Below, one piece after another: positions 40,204 through 55,673 of a stretch of 64,000 nucleotides of DNA (position 1 is the stretch's first letter; every line of letters starts with the position of its first letter). Origin of the DNA: Schmidtea polychroa (taxonomy: Eukaryota); NCBI GenBank assembly GCA_044892525.1, contig CM097885.1:8186001-8250000 (forward strand). The letters run 5' to 3'. The notes under the pieces were generated by a model. The model was not told the DNA's origin. It did not search any database and saw only the letters and a list, made by a program, of their open reading frames with translations. The translations under genes and the position numbers were made by a program.

Positions 40204-42729
40204 TAAACTTAAATAGATTTTAATTTTAATATTAACAGTTACTGTTACAGTTATCATAGTTTCACCACATTTTCAATGGTTTAATCCTTACATTTCTCGA
40301 TTTTGTCACAGTCTTGAATTTTCTGATTCTAATTAAATTCGGTAAACTTAAGGGCCGCATAAACTAGCATAATTATCTTTAGTAAACTAATAAGAATCTT
40401 CACCTTATTTTTCAGAAAGAAATAAACCTATCTGGACAGCGATTTCCAGTTAAGGTTTATGCATAAATATTTAAGTGTAAATTTAAAATCTAAAATGTAG
40501 GTTTTCTAGTAACATGGATCTTTTATTCACTATGATCAAGGAGTTATACATTGAGAAAGGTTCAAATAATCATCATGTTTACTGAATTCACCATCTGTAA
40601 TTCTTTCTGATTGCGATGTTTAGAAAGAAACTGTTGACAAGAATAACCAAAGAATAATTTACGAATTTGTAGAGATTTATTATCAACGAAATTTAACATT
40701 TGAAATTTAACCAGTCAAAAAAAGGCAAAGGGTATAAAGCCGCGATCAATTAAATTTTTCAAGTAAACGAGGATGTGTTTTTAATATCGCTTTCACAGCC
40801 GCTAAAATTAATTGAATATAGACAATTGACATACAGTTTAAAGTTCAATTATTATAATATTCCTTCAACTGATAATTAATGCACATACATGTGATATGCA
40901 TACATATGCATATTCTAGTTACATTTTAGCAACTAGTAGGAGACTGTAATTACTATTTGTGTAATAAAAAATATCAATAAATATCAGTAAGGTTAAGTCA
41001 AATAATAGATTAATTTAAATAAATTGTGAATTATCAAACTTTTTTTATCACTAATAAAACTAAAACATTTCATGAACTCCCTTTTGGAAAATCCTGCGTA
41101 TGCCCCTGTCTTTGAGCTTAGGAACCTTTTGATGGGAGCTCTACTGTACTAAATCATGCAATCAGTGATATGAAATTTATGATGTACTGTGATATTCAGT
41201 TTTCAGTTTATATGGCTGTTATTAGTACCATATAAGAAACACAATCCCATCTGCAATCAAAACTAGTGATATACATTAAATATAACATTCACATTTTCGT
41301 ATATAATTTATATTCGAAATTTGTCAGAAATTTATAAATGATCTTTTCCACTTTTTCTTTATCAACCTTTTCCTTTGAAGGATATAATAATTTATTGGTC
41401 TGTCTATGGGAGATGTGGGTAAATTTCATTCAGTTCTCTCAACTTTTTATACGATGTACAATTCAAATGAAATTAGAATACCATTCCTTGAAAATTATTC
41501 ATTAACCCATTTCCTATCTCGATTCCCACTTGGGGAGTGGTTTGATTTCCATATCTTTTTACATCGGTTCATGAAATTGTCCGGTTCTTTGTACATTTTA
41601 ATGCTGCTAGCAAGTCTGTTTATATATTATCATTTTTCGTTAACAATTTTTATGAAAAATAAAATAACTAGTATCATTTGGAAACAAGAAGTTAAAGAAC
41701 AAATGGGTTGGGAAATGGGAAAATTATAAAAGATTCAAGGCAAACCGGTCGGCATTGGCATAATCAATAGTTTAAAAGTAAAAAAACCGTATTTGTAGAC
41801 AATAGAAAGTAATTTATGCAATTAATAATTCCCTTTTCTAAAGAGCTCTAAAATTGTTTTTTGGCGTCAGGCGTGTTTTAGAATATTTCGTTTTCTAATA
41901 AAAACAAAGAAATTTCATATAAATATATGAATGAAAATTCCAACGAAAATCCGTTGGGTTAAGAGCCTCGTGGAATTGATAAGAGAATTCTCTGTAAAAG
42001 AAAATTTAAAATCAATAAAAAGAGTTGATTGTTTCGTCATTGAGATGCTCTCCTGGTTTTCCTGGCGGTAATTTTTGTCCAGCGATTATGAAACTTCAAA
42101 TAGTCTATATTTAATTATCCAGTGTTTGCCATCAATGAACCGTTCAAATTGAATTACATTCTCCACAGAGTAGACACGATCTCTCTTGTGAACGGACTGG
42201 AATTGAGCCTCATGACGATGAATCAGCCATCAACATAAAGTTTAATAATAATCTGTTGCTGGAGTCCGTGAGGCGTCTGGAAAATGTTGATTGATTGATA
42301 AGCCCGTTGGCCAGTATCAACAATCAGGGATTTTTTTTTGTTGTTTGGGGTTATTAGTGATCTCTTTTTGGTTTGGAGTTTAATTCTTCTTCTACTGCTT
42401 CTCCTCCTGTTGCTGCTACTGCCGCTGTTGCTGCTGCTACTGCTACTGCTGCCGTCGCTGTTGGTTATTGCAGACAAATTTCAGACTGAATCGAAAAATA
42501 TCAGTTAAGTGATTAGAAAGACATTGAAAAGAAAAATTTTCGAAAAAAAAATAATTTTATTTTTCATTTAAAAATATTTTTTAATTTAAAATTTAAAATG
42601 AAATTTATTTCGTCAAATGAACAAAGTTAATTAAATTTTAATTAAAATAGTAATAGGATAATAATAATAATCAAAGATTCTTCGTAATTCTTTAAAATCA
42701 CGTTTACTACAAGCTCTTTGAAAGGCATC

Positions 42730-42854
<125 letters not shown>

Positions 42855-42939
42855 TATTTTTATTATTATAATTATTGAATAAATAGTTAAACAAGCATGG
42901 TAACAATTTAATTATAAGAAAGCGCCACTCAAACATTCG

Positions 42940-42984
42940 TCTTACGATATATTTCGACAGTTTTCCTGTCATCTTCAGGTAAGA
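42940..42984 (-). ncRNA. Family-B minimal type-I hammerhead, canonical core, apparently intact
   Basis: Reverse complement: TCTTAC-CTGAAGA-T-GACAG(GAAAA)CTGTC-GAAA-TATA-TC-GTAAGA. Perfect 6-bp stem I, 5-bp stem II, palindromic ATATAT stem III, AUC site. Confidence 0.88.
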
Positions 42985-43242
42985 TAGAATAACTACAGAA
43001 ATTATAGACTTTTGAACAAATTTATTAACTATATCAATTTTTTTAAAGAATAGTTTTTTAAATTATAAAAATTATAATTTAAATAATTAATCATTTTTTA
43101 ATTGTAACAACCAAAAAATGGGAAATTTTAATTTAATAATTTAATAATTATTTAAGATGATAACAACAATAATATAATGACAATTTTCACCCATGATTTC
43201 TATTTAACTTTTTGTGAAATTCACTAATTTTGTTTTTGAAAA

Positions 43243-43310
43243 ATCACTTAAAAAAGGCTGTGCCCGAAAAATCATGAATATTAAAAAACATCGATATCTT
43301 TACTGATATA
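43243..43310 (+). mobile_element. PLE family-A fragment with degenerate hammerhead
   Basis: ATCAC-TTAAAAAA-GGCTGTGCCC-GAAAAATC-ATGAAT followed by CATCGATATCTTTACTGAT. Confidence 0.6.
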
Positions 43311-43344
43311 TATTAGAAACAAATATTTAAAAACATTTTAAACA

Positions 43345-43772
43345 AAAGGGATTGGTTTATCGTTTATGGGTTGTCTTCTAATTTTGTTAATTCAGAAAAA
43401 AGTGATGATGAACTGGTTGAGTTATTTATGAAGAATGGTTATTCAAAATCATTTTAATTAATCATAGTAAAAGAGACCATTGATAAATTTATTAAACATC
43501 CTAAGGATTCATGTTTGGGAAAATATGGGTGTAATTTTATTGGTATAGGTGAGTTTAATAATAAGTTAAATACATTAAATAGCGAGTGTAAGGATGATGA
43601 GCCTAAATTTGTTTTGGTTTCACCGTACTAGGTTTTATATATTTTAAAAGAAAGATAGGCCAGCAATTTGGGAATTTAAATTATAATATTGTGTCAAATT
43701 CATGTAAAGTACGCAATATGTTTAGCAATAAGTCTAAAACTTTAGATGGATTGTGTTATGATATTGTTTATT
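43345..43772 (+). pseudogene. PLE family-B RT thumb/linker remnant (Penelope/Poseidon-like linker)
   Basis: Broken frames read KGLVYRLW, LFMKNGYSKSF, FVLVSPY and KVRNMFSNKSKTLDGLCYDIVY. Lies upstream of the hammerhead at 43868. Confidence 0.7.
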
Positions 43773-43867
43773 TTTCACGTTAGTTTTTTACTGAATAATA
43801 TATATGAATTAAAAAAATGATGATTAATAAATTTTTTCAAAAATCTTTAATTTCTATAATTATTATA

Positions 43868-43912
43868 TCCTACCTGATGATTACAGGAAAACTGACGAAA
43901 TATATCGTATAA
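43868..43912 (+). ncRNA. Family-B hammerhead, core intact, stems partly decayed
   Basis: TAC-CTGATGA-T-TACAG(GAAAA)CTGAC-GAAA-TATA-TC-GTA, followed by the family-B tail GAGTGGCGCTTTCTTATAA and (AAT)n. Confidence 0.7.
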
Positions 43913-43935
43913 CGAATGTTTGAGTGGCGCTTTCT

Positions 43936-44053
<118 letters not shown>

Positions 44054-45311
44054 AAATAATTATTAAAGATAATATTAAAGAGATCAAAATAATATTTCTG
44101 GAAATGTGAATGAATAAAAATTTTAATTATAATGGAAATACTCTGTCAGTTTCATCATCTGAAAAACAGATCAATCTTGAGTAGTTCGTGGAAAAAGAAA
44201 ACTATCGAAATTACAAAAATAAAAACCGCCTCTTGTAGATTACATTAAATACTCCCATATTTGCAGCACACCCTCATTTGTAGACAATTCTCAGATCGAG
44301 GAGAAAATTTTTAGACATAGAATTTTCCCTTGTTTATTGATTGGTTTCAACACACAGCCTAATTTAATTGTTCCTTCTACAAAGTCGAATTTGATTTTAT
44401 ATTTTCCATAGGTATTGCGATTAGCATAATTAAATTTCTGAGATCTGTCGATTTCACAGTTCGCCCTATTCAAGTGTGAAGCGAATGTTGGCGGTTTTGT
44501 GCTTTGAATTATGAAACTGATTTCTTTTTTCACGAGATTTTCTCCTGGAGAAATTGTCGAAGAAAAATATATAAGATATTTCCAATGGAAATTACTACTC
44601 AAGATTTTCGAGAATATTTCTGATAAAAATAAATATTTTATTAATAAAATGAGACATTATTTTAATATTTTATTTTAGATCCTAATAAATCAGTAAAAGT
44701 TATATGATAAAGATAAACTTATTGTATATTTTTTTATGAATATATTATAAAGTAAAGTATTATTTAATAGGAACAAATAAAGTCATAAAACAATTAATTA
44801 AAACAAAATCTGATAACCTAATAATAACTCATTTTTAATTGAGTTTTATTGAGTCTACAAAACACTATATTCGGTATTAGTGGAACTGATGTTTCAGAGA
44901 TTTTAATGACAAATTCCATCAATTATCACTGTGCTCCTATTATGTAGGCTGTTATGTAGTTCTCGGTAATTACCCATTAATAACGTAACCTCGCGTAGAC
45001 TTTTCACATCTCGTTCACCCATGTTGAAAGAATTTGCGTGATAATCTAAATTTTAAACTTTAAAGAATTATTATTAAGGACTGTTACTGCAATGAGCTAT
45101 TAAATTCCTGAATAATTTATCTAGAAGATAATAATAAGTAATCTAGAAGAGATTCCTACATAAACTTTATTTATTTAACGCTGACTTAAACTGACCTAAG
45201 AAGAAAAAATGCTTACATTTTCAATTTCGACTTACAATTGTAATGACATTCTTCAATTTAAACTTTTCTAAACAAGAAGAACAATAAATTAATCAAAAAC
45301 ACAATCTAAAC

Positions 45312-45560
45312 CAGCCATGGCCAACCGGTGGCCCACGAAGCGTTTTGATGTGGCCCGGACACAATTTTACACATCAAATCAATAATTGCCTTTTTTAGAA
45401 TTCATATTCGAATTAAGCATGTTTTTAATTTAAAAAATTGATTCTAAGTTTAATTGAATCGTAAAAACGAGTTATATTTATTTAAATGAATTTATTGTGG
45501 CCCGTGATAGTATTTTTCCGAAAATTTGGCCCTTCGGTTTATTTGGGTTGGCTACCACTG
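45312..45560. mobile_element. hAT (Charlie/Buster-like) MITE
   Basis: CAG...CTG imperfect TIRs, GGCCC subterminal repeats and a perfect 8-bp TSD ATCTAAAC. Confidence 0.85.
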
Positions 45561-47101
45561 ATCTAAACCATTCTCATTTTACTCATGACTAACAGTTAAT
45601 AAAGGTTGTGCGGAAAATCTGTGTTCAGTTTTAATTTAATTGATCAATTTACTCCGAAAAATCATTCATTTAATTATATTATAAATATTAAAATTTTCCT
45701 TCTGTCCAAACTCCTAGTAAAAATTAAATGTTTGTTATTTAAAGTATTTTCTTTTTTTATATAATGTATTTCTCCCCACACAGTTTTTTATAATTACTCA
45801 ACAAATCCTTCAATTTTGAAAAATGAAAATTCAAAAATAATCTTTTTTACAGATGACTTTTTACATCATCTTCGAATCTTGTTTTTCTGTTATTTTTTCA
45901 AACTCTTAACAGTTTATTTGTTAGAATATTCCTTGTGATATTATAAAAACATCTTTGTTGTAATTAAACGTTCTTTGAGTTCTTTTTCAAATTAATGGAT
46001 TACATTGTTTTAATATAAATTGAAAATAAATATAAAAACATTATTACGTAGTGTGTAAAGTAGGAAAAACTTTGTTCAGTTTAGATTTTGCTTATAAACA
46101 AATAAAGAATTTGTCGAAACTTAGCAAGTGAGTGTATTAAAATCAAAAGTTGATTTAAATCTGCGAAGAAAAGCAATATAAATATGTTTTGTTATTTTCT
46201 AAAGAAAAAAACTTTTTCTTGTAATCTGAAAATTATTTCTCAACTTTTTTATTATTTTACTAATTAATCAAAGAAATAAGGCAAAGATTTGATAATAGAA
46301 AATCGCCAACTAAGTATATTAAAATATAACATTGTTATATGTTTTGATCATTTAACAGTTTTTTTCAGGTTAAGAATTGTATTAATATCCTCTAAATGAA
46401 AATTAGAATATTCAAACCAATTAATGATAATTGTAATCAAATTGTATCAAATTAAAAAATATTTTTACAAGATTTTAAAAATCATTCTTTTAATCATATA
46501 AAAATTATTTTAATTTTAAAAATGTACACAATTGTTAAGATTCTCATAGAAAAATTTCTTTTTAAATTAATATAAAAAAATAATTTAATTTAAATTTAAA
46601 ATTTAAAAATTGTTTTCATACAAAAATTTAACAAACAATAACATCAACCCAATTATTAAATATACAAGTTATATTATATAAATACAATCAAAATCCAATA
46701 TTTTTATTACATTTTTAAACAGACATATTAAATGACTCCGATGTACTTGAATTGAAATTTCTCTTTCCTACTTTATCAGTTAAATATTTTCTAAATTTTG
46801 AAAAAGGAAAAATAGGAAATTAGAATTATGTGAAAAACCGTTGTTACATTATTAATATTTAGTTTCTGTCACGATCCAATTAAAAATAAAAAATACAACT
46901 AAAGATTTTTCAAAATAACGAGTCTACTTTTATTGTAAATTCCAAAATCTGTTGGTAAATTTGACAGCGCCATAAAATATGTTGATAAGAATTCCCAAAA
47001 TACATGCAAAATCATTTAGGTACTAAACCAAGGCATTCGAAATGTCGGATATTTCCATTTCATTCGACGTGCATAAAATATTACAAATGAAAAAATAAAA
47101 T

Positions 47102-47543
<442 letters not shown>

Positions 47544-48582
47544 GGATAACTAAATAACCGCGTTTGGTAAAGAAATGTGAGATTAAAACAAATAAATTAG
47601 TCATTATATTTTATCCCCAACCAAATCGGATGCTGGAAAGCATTTATAATGATGACGTAATAGATTAGAATTTCCATTAAAAATATTCCTGAAAATTAAA
47701 TTTTCATCATTTGTAAATAATATTTGTGATTACAAAAATCGAATCTCATTGAAAAATCCAGACGAATCCGATTTTGATTTCTTTGCCAAAATTTTTGTTA
47801 CCTTTGCAATATTTATATTTCTTTGTGCTTTTCTGTTTGAGCGTGTTTATCACAGGAATGGGGGATCACGACATGAAATAATAATTTTTTGTTTTTCTTT
47901 ATTGTTGGGATTTCTTTTTGGGATTTCTGGCAAATCTGCAATTATCTGCTATCAATAATATATTGGAATTAGTCTGGCATTGATTGATTGGAATTCTGCC
48001 CCATTTGCACTTATCCATTGATTATATTTCTAGGATTATTGATTCGATATAATTGTTTTATAATTATTATCCTCTCAATTTATGGGATTTTATTCTCTAT
48101 AAAACTGCCTTCCCTTTCAATAAATATATATATAAATATATACAGTTATAAGTAGCTGTTAGGGAAATATCCACCTTAATATCATATGTAATTGTTGAGA
48201 AATAAACACATTTGAAGGCTACATTACAAGCTAAGATGCATAAACGGGAAATTTCCATGCCATAGATAATAATATAAATAAAAGTATATAAAAGTCTCCT
48301 AGTGGAATTATTTTCACCAATTAAACTGGCAAAGAATTTATCATTAAATTTATTTGAAACTTTCATTGCCCAAAAGGGGTAAAAGTTATGTATGTAGTCT
48401 ACATAATTAACTATTAATTACTAAATCAACTTTGGGCATAAATTAGCAAAATTTTTTTCATTTTTAATTTCACTTAAAATTGCTAGAAAAATTTAATTTT
48501 TTTTCTTAATCGGTTTTGACAAAATTCCGCCACCGAATGTAATTATTGGAAATTTCATAGAAACACAATAATAATATCATAG

Positions 48583-48795
<213 letters not shown>

Positions 48796-49113
48796 TGATT
48801 ACCCTTTATGTGTCGTTGCTAGGATAAATTGTATTCTCCTGACTTTCCTTTCAATAACTAAGTTTGTATTTCAAGACAAGTTTGGGAAATTGTATTTGTA
48901 GTAGTTGCTTCTTATTCAAAAAAGTTAAATGTAGTCACATTCAATTGATAAAAATGTAAACAGAATTTAATTATAGTTGTCTGGAGGAAATTAGAAAAGA
49001 GATTTGTTAAAAAATGTCGCATATTTTTAAGTGTTTTTATCAAGCTCAAATAAACGCATTATTTTAGTTATTTCGATGGAAACATGAATTTTCATTTTCA
49101 TAATTATTATTAA

Positions 49114-49476
<363 letters not shown>

Positions 49477-50347
49477 TAAACCGTTTTCGTAATGTGTAAT
49501 AATCGAAAATTTCCGACCTAAATTATATATTCGGGTCATTTTAATATGACATTTACTTTACAAGTTGTAAAAAGTAATTGAAAGATTCAGTCAGAAAGAT
49601 CAGCTAGGTTTCTTATTGGAGTAGACAGAAAACATTCAATTACATTTGATAATTTAATTTGATAACCATTTGTAATATAACTAAATGTGCTAACCAACTA
49701 GATAACTCATTAATTTATAGAAATTATATATTTTATACAATTTAAATTTAGATTAATTTTTTAAACCTATAATCGCGTTTATTATCTTGTTCGGCAAAGA
49801 TTTCAAATTTTTACAGCAATTTGCTAGAAATCGGTGAATAATCATAAAATAATGTTTTTAGGTTCTTTTATTGTCTTTTTCAGTTCAATTACCCAACTTT
49901 TTATATTATAGATTCAACTGAACTTTTGTGTATCCCTAATAACTTTCCTTTCGTCATTTATTATGCTATCTTTTCATTTTCAGTTAACATGCATTTTTGA
50001 CTCTGTTATATTTGTGTTTTTAAGTAAATTTTTTATCACTTTCAAATATTCCATTCAATATTAAGTCATGTTGTTCATTGAAATAGAAAGAATGAAAATA
50101 CTGATAGGTTTGCGTGTTTCTTTAATATTATATTATTGTCTTTAACTAAGCAACTCCGAACTAAACAACTTTTATACTAAAATATTCCAGATTTAAGCAT
50201 TAATTTTTAATTTTGTTTTTTAAACTAAGCAACAAAATTTCTAATTATTTAAAACTTGATTTTTTGATGAATTTATACTAAAAGTAGAATTATTTTTACA
50301 AAAAAAAATTATTTCGACTTGTTTTCTCTTAGTTTGAGAATATAATG

Positions 50348-50672
<325 letters not shown>

Positions 50673-50809
50673 TTAATAATAATAAGTTATTATATTTAAA
50701 CATATTTCATATATAAAATAAAATATTAATCAAATATAAATGTGATGAAATGTTATAATTTTACTGTTGAAAATATTTTTTTATTTTCCGCTAATTATAA
50801 TCGATTGTT

Positions 50810-52300
50810 AATAATTAATAATTCTCAGTGAAAAGGCATTATATTGAGAATATTTCCCAAATTTTGCACTGTGCCAATCGATTTGGCTGTTGCTGGTGGA
50901 TAAAATCATAATTTGGCATCCATTGAAATTATTAAAAATAAATTTTTGCATCATTTGATGGTTTTTTACATAATTGTATTCAGTTGTTAGGGGATTCATT
51001 GGGAAATTTCCTTTTCTGCATTTGCTGTTGAATCAATTAATCATTTCTACTGCCTTTCTATGGGTGCTCTATCTAAATGTTTTCTGGCTTGCTCGGAATT
51101 TCATTAGAAATTCTGCTTTTATAGGATTTCCTTTCCATATATGAACAGTTTACTTTAATACTGCATGTCAAAGGTATCTGGTTCATTCTTTATTATCACT
51201 GAGTGCTAATGAGGAGCCATGGAACAACTTATAAAGGAATGGGGGATATATTGTATAAATGTCATATGTAACTATGTCCCTTAAATTCCTCTAATTCCTC
51301 TAATAATTTCTAGTAAAACATGAAAATGATATGAATGAATTTGTACAGAATCCTCTAGCTATAGTGACTATGTTTCCCCATTTAGATATAACATCAGAAT
51401 ACGAGCAATATTTACCCATCTTAGATCTGATAAACATTTTGATATCTGTCCAAAATAACTCTTGAATGCCCATCCGAAATATAAATAAACATATCACACT
51501 CCGTATGCCACCGTATTTGTTATGTACATGTTAGGATTTTGTTATGGTCTTTCCAATTCAAGCATTCTTACTATACTACATTTGTTATGTCCTACCAAAT
51601 ACATTATATGAACTTAATCCTTTGATTTTCTGGTTGAATAACCCTCTTTGGTAAGGTTTGTCATTATTCTTTTATTAAATTTATATTTATTATATATTTG
51701 TCTTTGGTTTTCCGTCACGAAGTTAAAGGTCAGTTCGCAAGAGTTGGAGAATATTCCATTCCGATATTTTGTGTGGGGTCCTATCAGTAATATTTTGCAT
51801 CATTTCTTTGGCTGACAATTGAAATGTAACAAGATCAAGTCAATTGTCGAGAATCTTCGTCAATACATTTTGGTTGCACTCGAATTGTCTTGAACAAGGT
51901 TAACAATTTCCCACGGATTCAAAAGTCACATTACATGTTGAAAATGAAAACTTTCAATTATAATTTTCAAAAATGATGTAAACCTTTGGTACATCACTGA
52001 AATTAATGTAAGGAAGGGGAAGGGGGGAGCTGACACCATCATTGTCAAATTTCCGGGCCTGTTGCCAGTACATAATATGAATGTATTTGTCAATTGAAAT
52101 TAAATCCAAATTGAAGCAAAATTTGGAAAAAATTATTTTTGTGTTAGAAATTCTTTTAACGAAACCATTAATAATATCTTGTTAACCAGAGGGTGTCTTT
52201 TGTCGCTTCCAGTGGTTGTGTCCGACAAATTTTGATGAATTCTCAAATAATCTCCTATCGGATCTAAATCTTTAATCATATTTTGAGCCATTAAAAAATC
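50810..52300 (-). pseudogene. Decayed Ty3/Gypsy-like integrase fragments
   Basis: Minus-strand HVHNKYGGIR...FWTDIKMFIR (Zn-finger-like), LSDNK, NPWEIV and GHNHWK. Many stops and frameshifts. Confidence 0.4.
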
Positions 52301-53307
52301 GGTAATTTGATTTTTATCGTGCTAAACTGTTCGCTTTTCAATGAATTATTTGCTCTCATTTATGTCACTCCCCCTCCATAAATTTTATTTGATTTCCAAG
52401 GATAAATTAATGCCCAAAGTTGTCAGTAGTTTGTATGAAACACTTAAATTTATTATTTAACAGATATATTTGATGTTATCAGGAGGTCGGAGGTTCCTAA
52501 GTGAGTCACCAATTCTATCACGCTTTTTGTCATAAAATCCTCGAGTAAACATTTCTTTTTATATTTCTTTGACCTTGTTATGTATAGACTTATTTATAGT
52601 AAATTGAGATAATGATTGAATGATTGCTGATTTAGAAATTTGTTGAACGCAACCGAGTCACCTGTAAAAATACTGTCTCGGCACAGTTGGGGTGCTTGTT
52701 TCTATATTAATAAAGAAAAAATAAAAAATAACTATAAAGCAGAATTGCAAACTTTATTAACCAATAAGAATAATTATTTTACAAAATTGGCAGAATAATG
52801 GCTGGGCATATATATTCTATAGGAAGATTGACTGAGACAGCTTCTGATTATTTTGTTCTGTATTCGTAAAAAATGAATAATCTAATTGTAATCTAATTAC
52901 AAAATAAAAATGTAACACTACCCTACAGACCTTTTCAAAATTTAATCTTTATTGTAAAATACAGTGTAAAACAGACCTTATCAACCAGTATTACGTGTAC
53001 CTTCAGGGGTACTCCAGTTGTTGCAAGGAAATTATTTAGCAATAAATTAGATCAAATCCATCCATTAATAGACAAGGAAATGGTGGTTGGACAAATCCTT
53101 ATAAGATTTCTGTTCAAATAAAAACATTTCTGTCAAATAAATAATACATCATGCAAAATATATAGATCGTGATTTTACACTTATTACTTTTATTATCATT
53201 AATTATTACTTAAACTATTTCCAAATTCAATTTGATATAAGTAGAAAATTGTATACACTGTTTGATGCAAGCATACATATTTGTTGGTGTACTGACGTTT
53301 AATCCCC

Positions 53308-53429
<122 letters not shown>

Positions 53430-54849
53430 AAAAATTATCTAACGTTTATTTTATACATTTAATTATTTATATATTACAAAGATTTATTTTTATTGCAATT
53501 AAACAATTTATGTTTTGTGTATCGCCAACGAATTGAATCTTTATTAACTTTATGTCTCTTAAATTCAAAATTTTTATGAATTAATGAATCCTGCATCTTT
53601 TTTTGTTATTTCTGTAGTTGACTCCATTTTTAATAAGAATTCGTTAATAATTTTAAAATAAACTGTTGGTTTTGAAAATATACTATTTAACTATTTGCTG
53701 TTAACAAGACAAAAATAAAATAAATAATGTAAAAAATTTCATTAGATAAAACATTTGATAGTTTAATAATTAATTTTAAGATTTAAGTATTCTTAAAGAA
53801 TTATATATTATGAGAAAAATGGTTATAAATTTGCTTTAAAATTCTTAATTTTCCGCAAATATTGGTTTTTCAAATTTAAAATATATTTAAAAAATATTTT
53901 AAAAAATTTTGGGGTTCAAATGTCGGAGGGATCACACGTCGGGGATCAAACGTCATGTTATCATATTTGTTAGTGGCATACAATCTGATTCGCGAGGTTA
54001 ATACATCTGGATCTAATTGCACCAATTAAAATCCAACAATATGACACACATTTTAAAGTTATTTGTGCGTTAATATATTGTTAGGCCATATGAAACCACA
54101 AAAATGTCAGATGAAAGCGACGTACAAATTATCGGCTTATAGCAGATTAAAATTTAAAATTATTTGTTACTATTTTACTCATATCACATTCATTTCCGTA
54201 TTTATGATGGCTTAAGACCTATTGGAATATATCCCTATAACTAAACATATTATATAGTGCTGTTAATACATAAATCTGAATGATCATAACTATGACTTAA
54301 ATATTGGAAATGTAGCAAATTTGAATAATTACACGAATAATTAAAACTAAAATAAAAACGATTTAGCTGATATAAAATTAAAAGAATCTTTAGACCATAA
54401 TGAAAATAAAATCATGCACAGCTCACATCAAATAACCTGTAATTGTGTATAAATTTGTCCATGGCAATAGGCCATTTTGTTGATGGAATTACATATATAT
54501 GATATGTAATATTTAGACAAATGAATATGTAATTGTTGATATTTATAAATACTGAATGTAATGGTTAATTGTTGCAATTTTTAAATTATGTTTATTCCAT
54601 TTATTTTCATGACAAAAAAATTCTATGCATCACAAATTTTCGGCGTTGTCTTTATCAAGTGTTACGCACATCGAAGATAGCCAACAAAAAATAGTTAATA
54701 CTATTCTAAATATTTCCAATTTAAATTAATAATAATGTTTAACTAAAATGAAAGCATCAACTAAACTGATAGTTCTAATACAAGATTGTGAATATTGCCT
54801 TGGAACTTGTTTGCAAAAGTGTATGAGGCGTTTCAGGAGTAGTTATATC

Positions 54850-55332
54850 CAGAGCGGGCGAAAAGCAGGAGCGAAAGGGACATGTGTCCGGGGCGCCATA
54901 AATGATAACGATTACAATTTTTTAAAAATTCGGGTATTTCCCTTTTTTATTTTCGCCGGCCAGCAAAAATCCACGTGCATGTTTCTGCGACAGAGACCGA
55001 AAAAAGAATTGATTTTATTTATTTCAGTAGTAACCACTATAAAGATATATAGAAATTGCTACAAAACATATTTCAAGTTGCAAACTTGCAAGTAACTATT
55101 TATTTGCTGAGACTAGAAAATCAATATTACTCCTATATAAATAACTTCCATCGGTGTACGCTTTTAATTGCATTTAGTTAAGCAGTATTGCATAGTAGTG
55201 TTGTGAATTCCAAATTTTATTAATATCTTTATTAAAAGTAAAAAGTAAGTGATATATTTGCTATATATGTAAAAATTGGGTGCCAAAAATATTTTCTTGC
55301 CCAGGGCGTCACAAATGGTTACGCCGGCTCTG
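54850..55332. mobile_element. hAT-type MITE
   Basis: TIRs CAGAGCGGGCG / CGCCGGCTCTG and an 8-bp TSD GTTATATC / ATTATATC (7/8). Confidence 0.8.
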
Positions 55333-55638
55333 ATTATATCTGCAATAATTAGAGAATTTTGATATGAGAGTTGAATCTTCTATCTTTGTAATTTAATTAT
55401 GGATTGTAACTTCCAAATTTAATTTCCAAGGAAATTGAATCTCTAGTATCTATTATATAATTTTCCTTGGTTCTTCTACCCTTCGGTGGTTCGTTTACGT
55501 ATAGTTACTGCGAATTTCAATGCCTCGTTTTTAGATTGCCTCAGAGCGTGATTGAGTTACGATGTCTTTTTTTACCATTTTCATTCTTTCAAGACAACCA
55601 TTTGTTTTGCAGCACTTTCATGATGTACATTGAACAAA

Positions 55639-55673
55639 ATCACTTGAAAAAGCCTGTGTCGAAAATTCGTGAT
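55639..55673 (+). ncRNA. Family-A U3-A8 hammerhead, stem II mismatched
   Basis: ATCAC-TTGAAAA-A-GCC(TGT)GTC-GAAA-AT-TC-GTGAT with a perfect 5-bp stem I. Confidence 0.6.

Noticed and set aside
52680..52917. Possible minus-strand LTR (TGTTACA start) with a degenerate primer-binding site
   Set aside because: No second LTR or TSD was found and the PBS match is poor.
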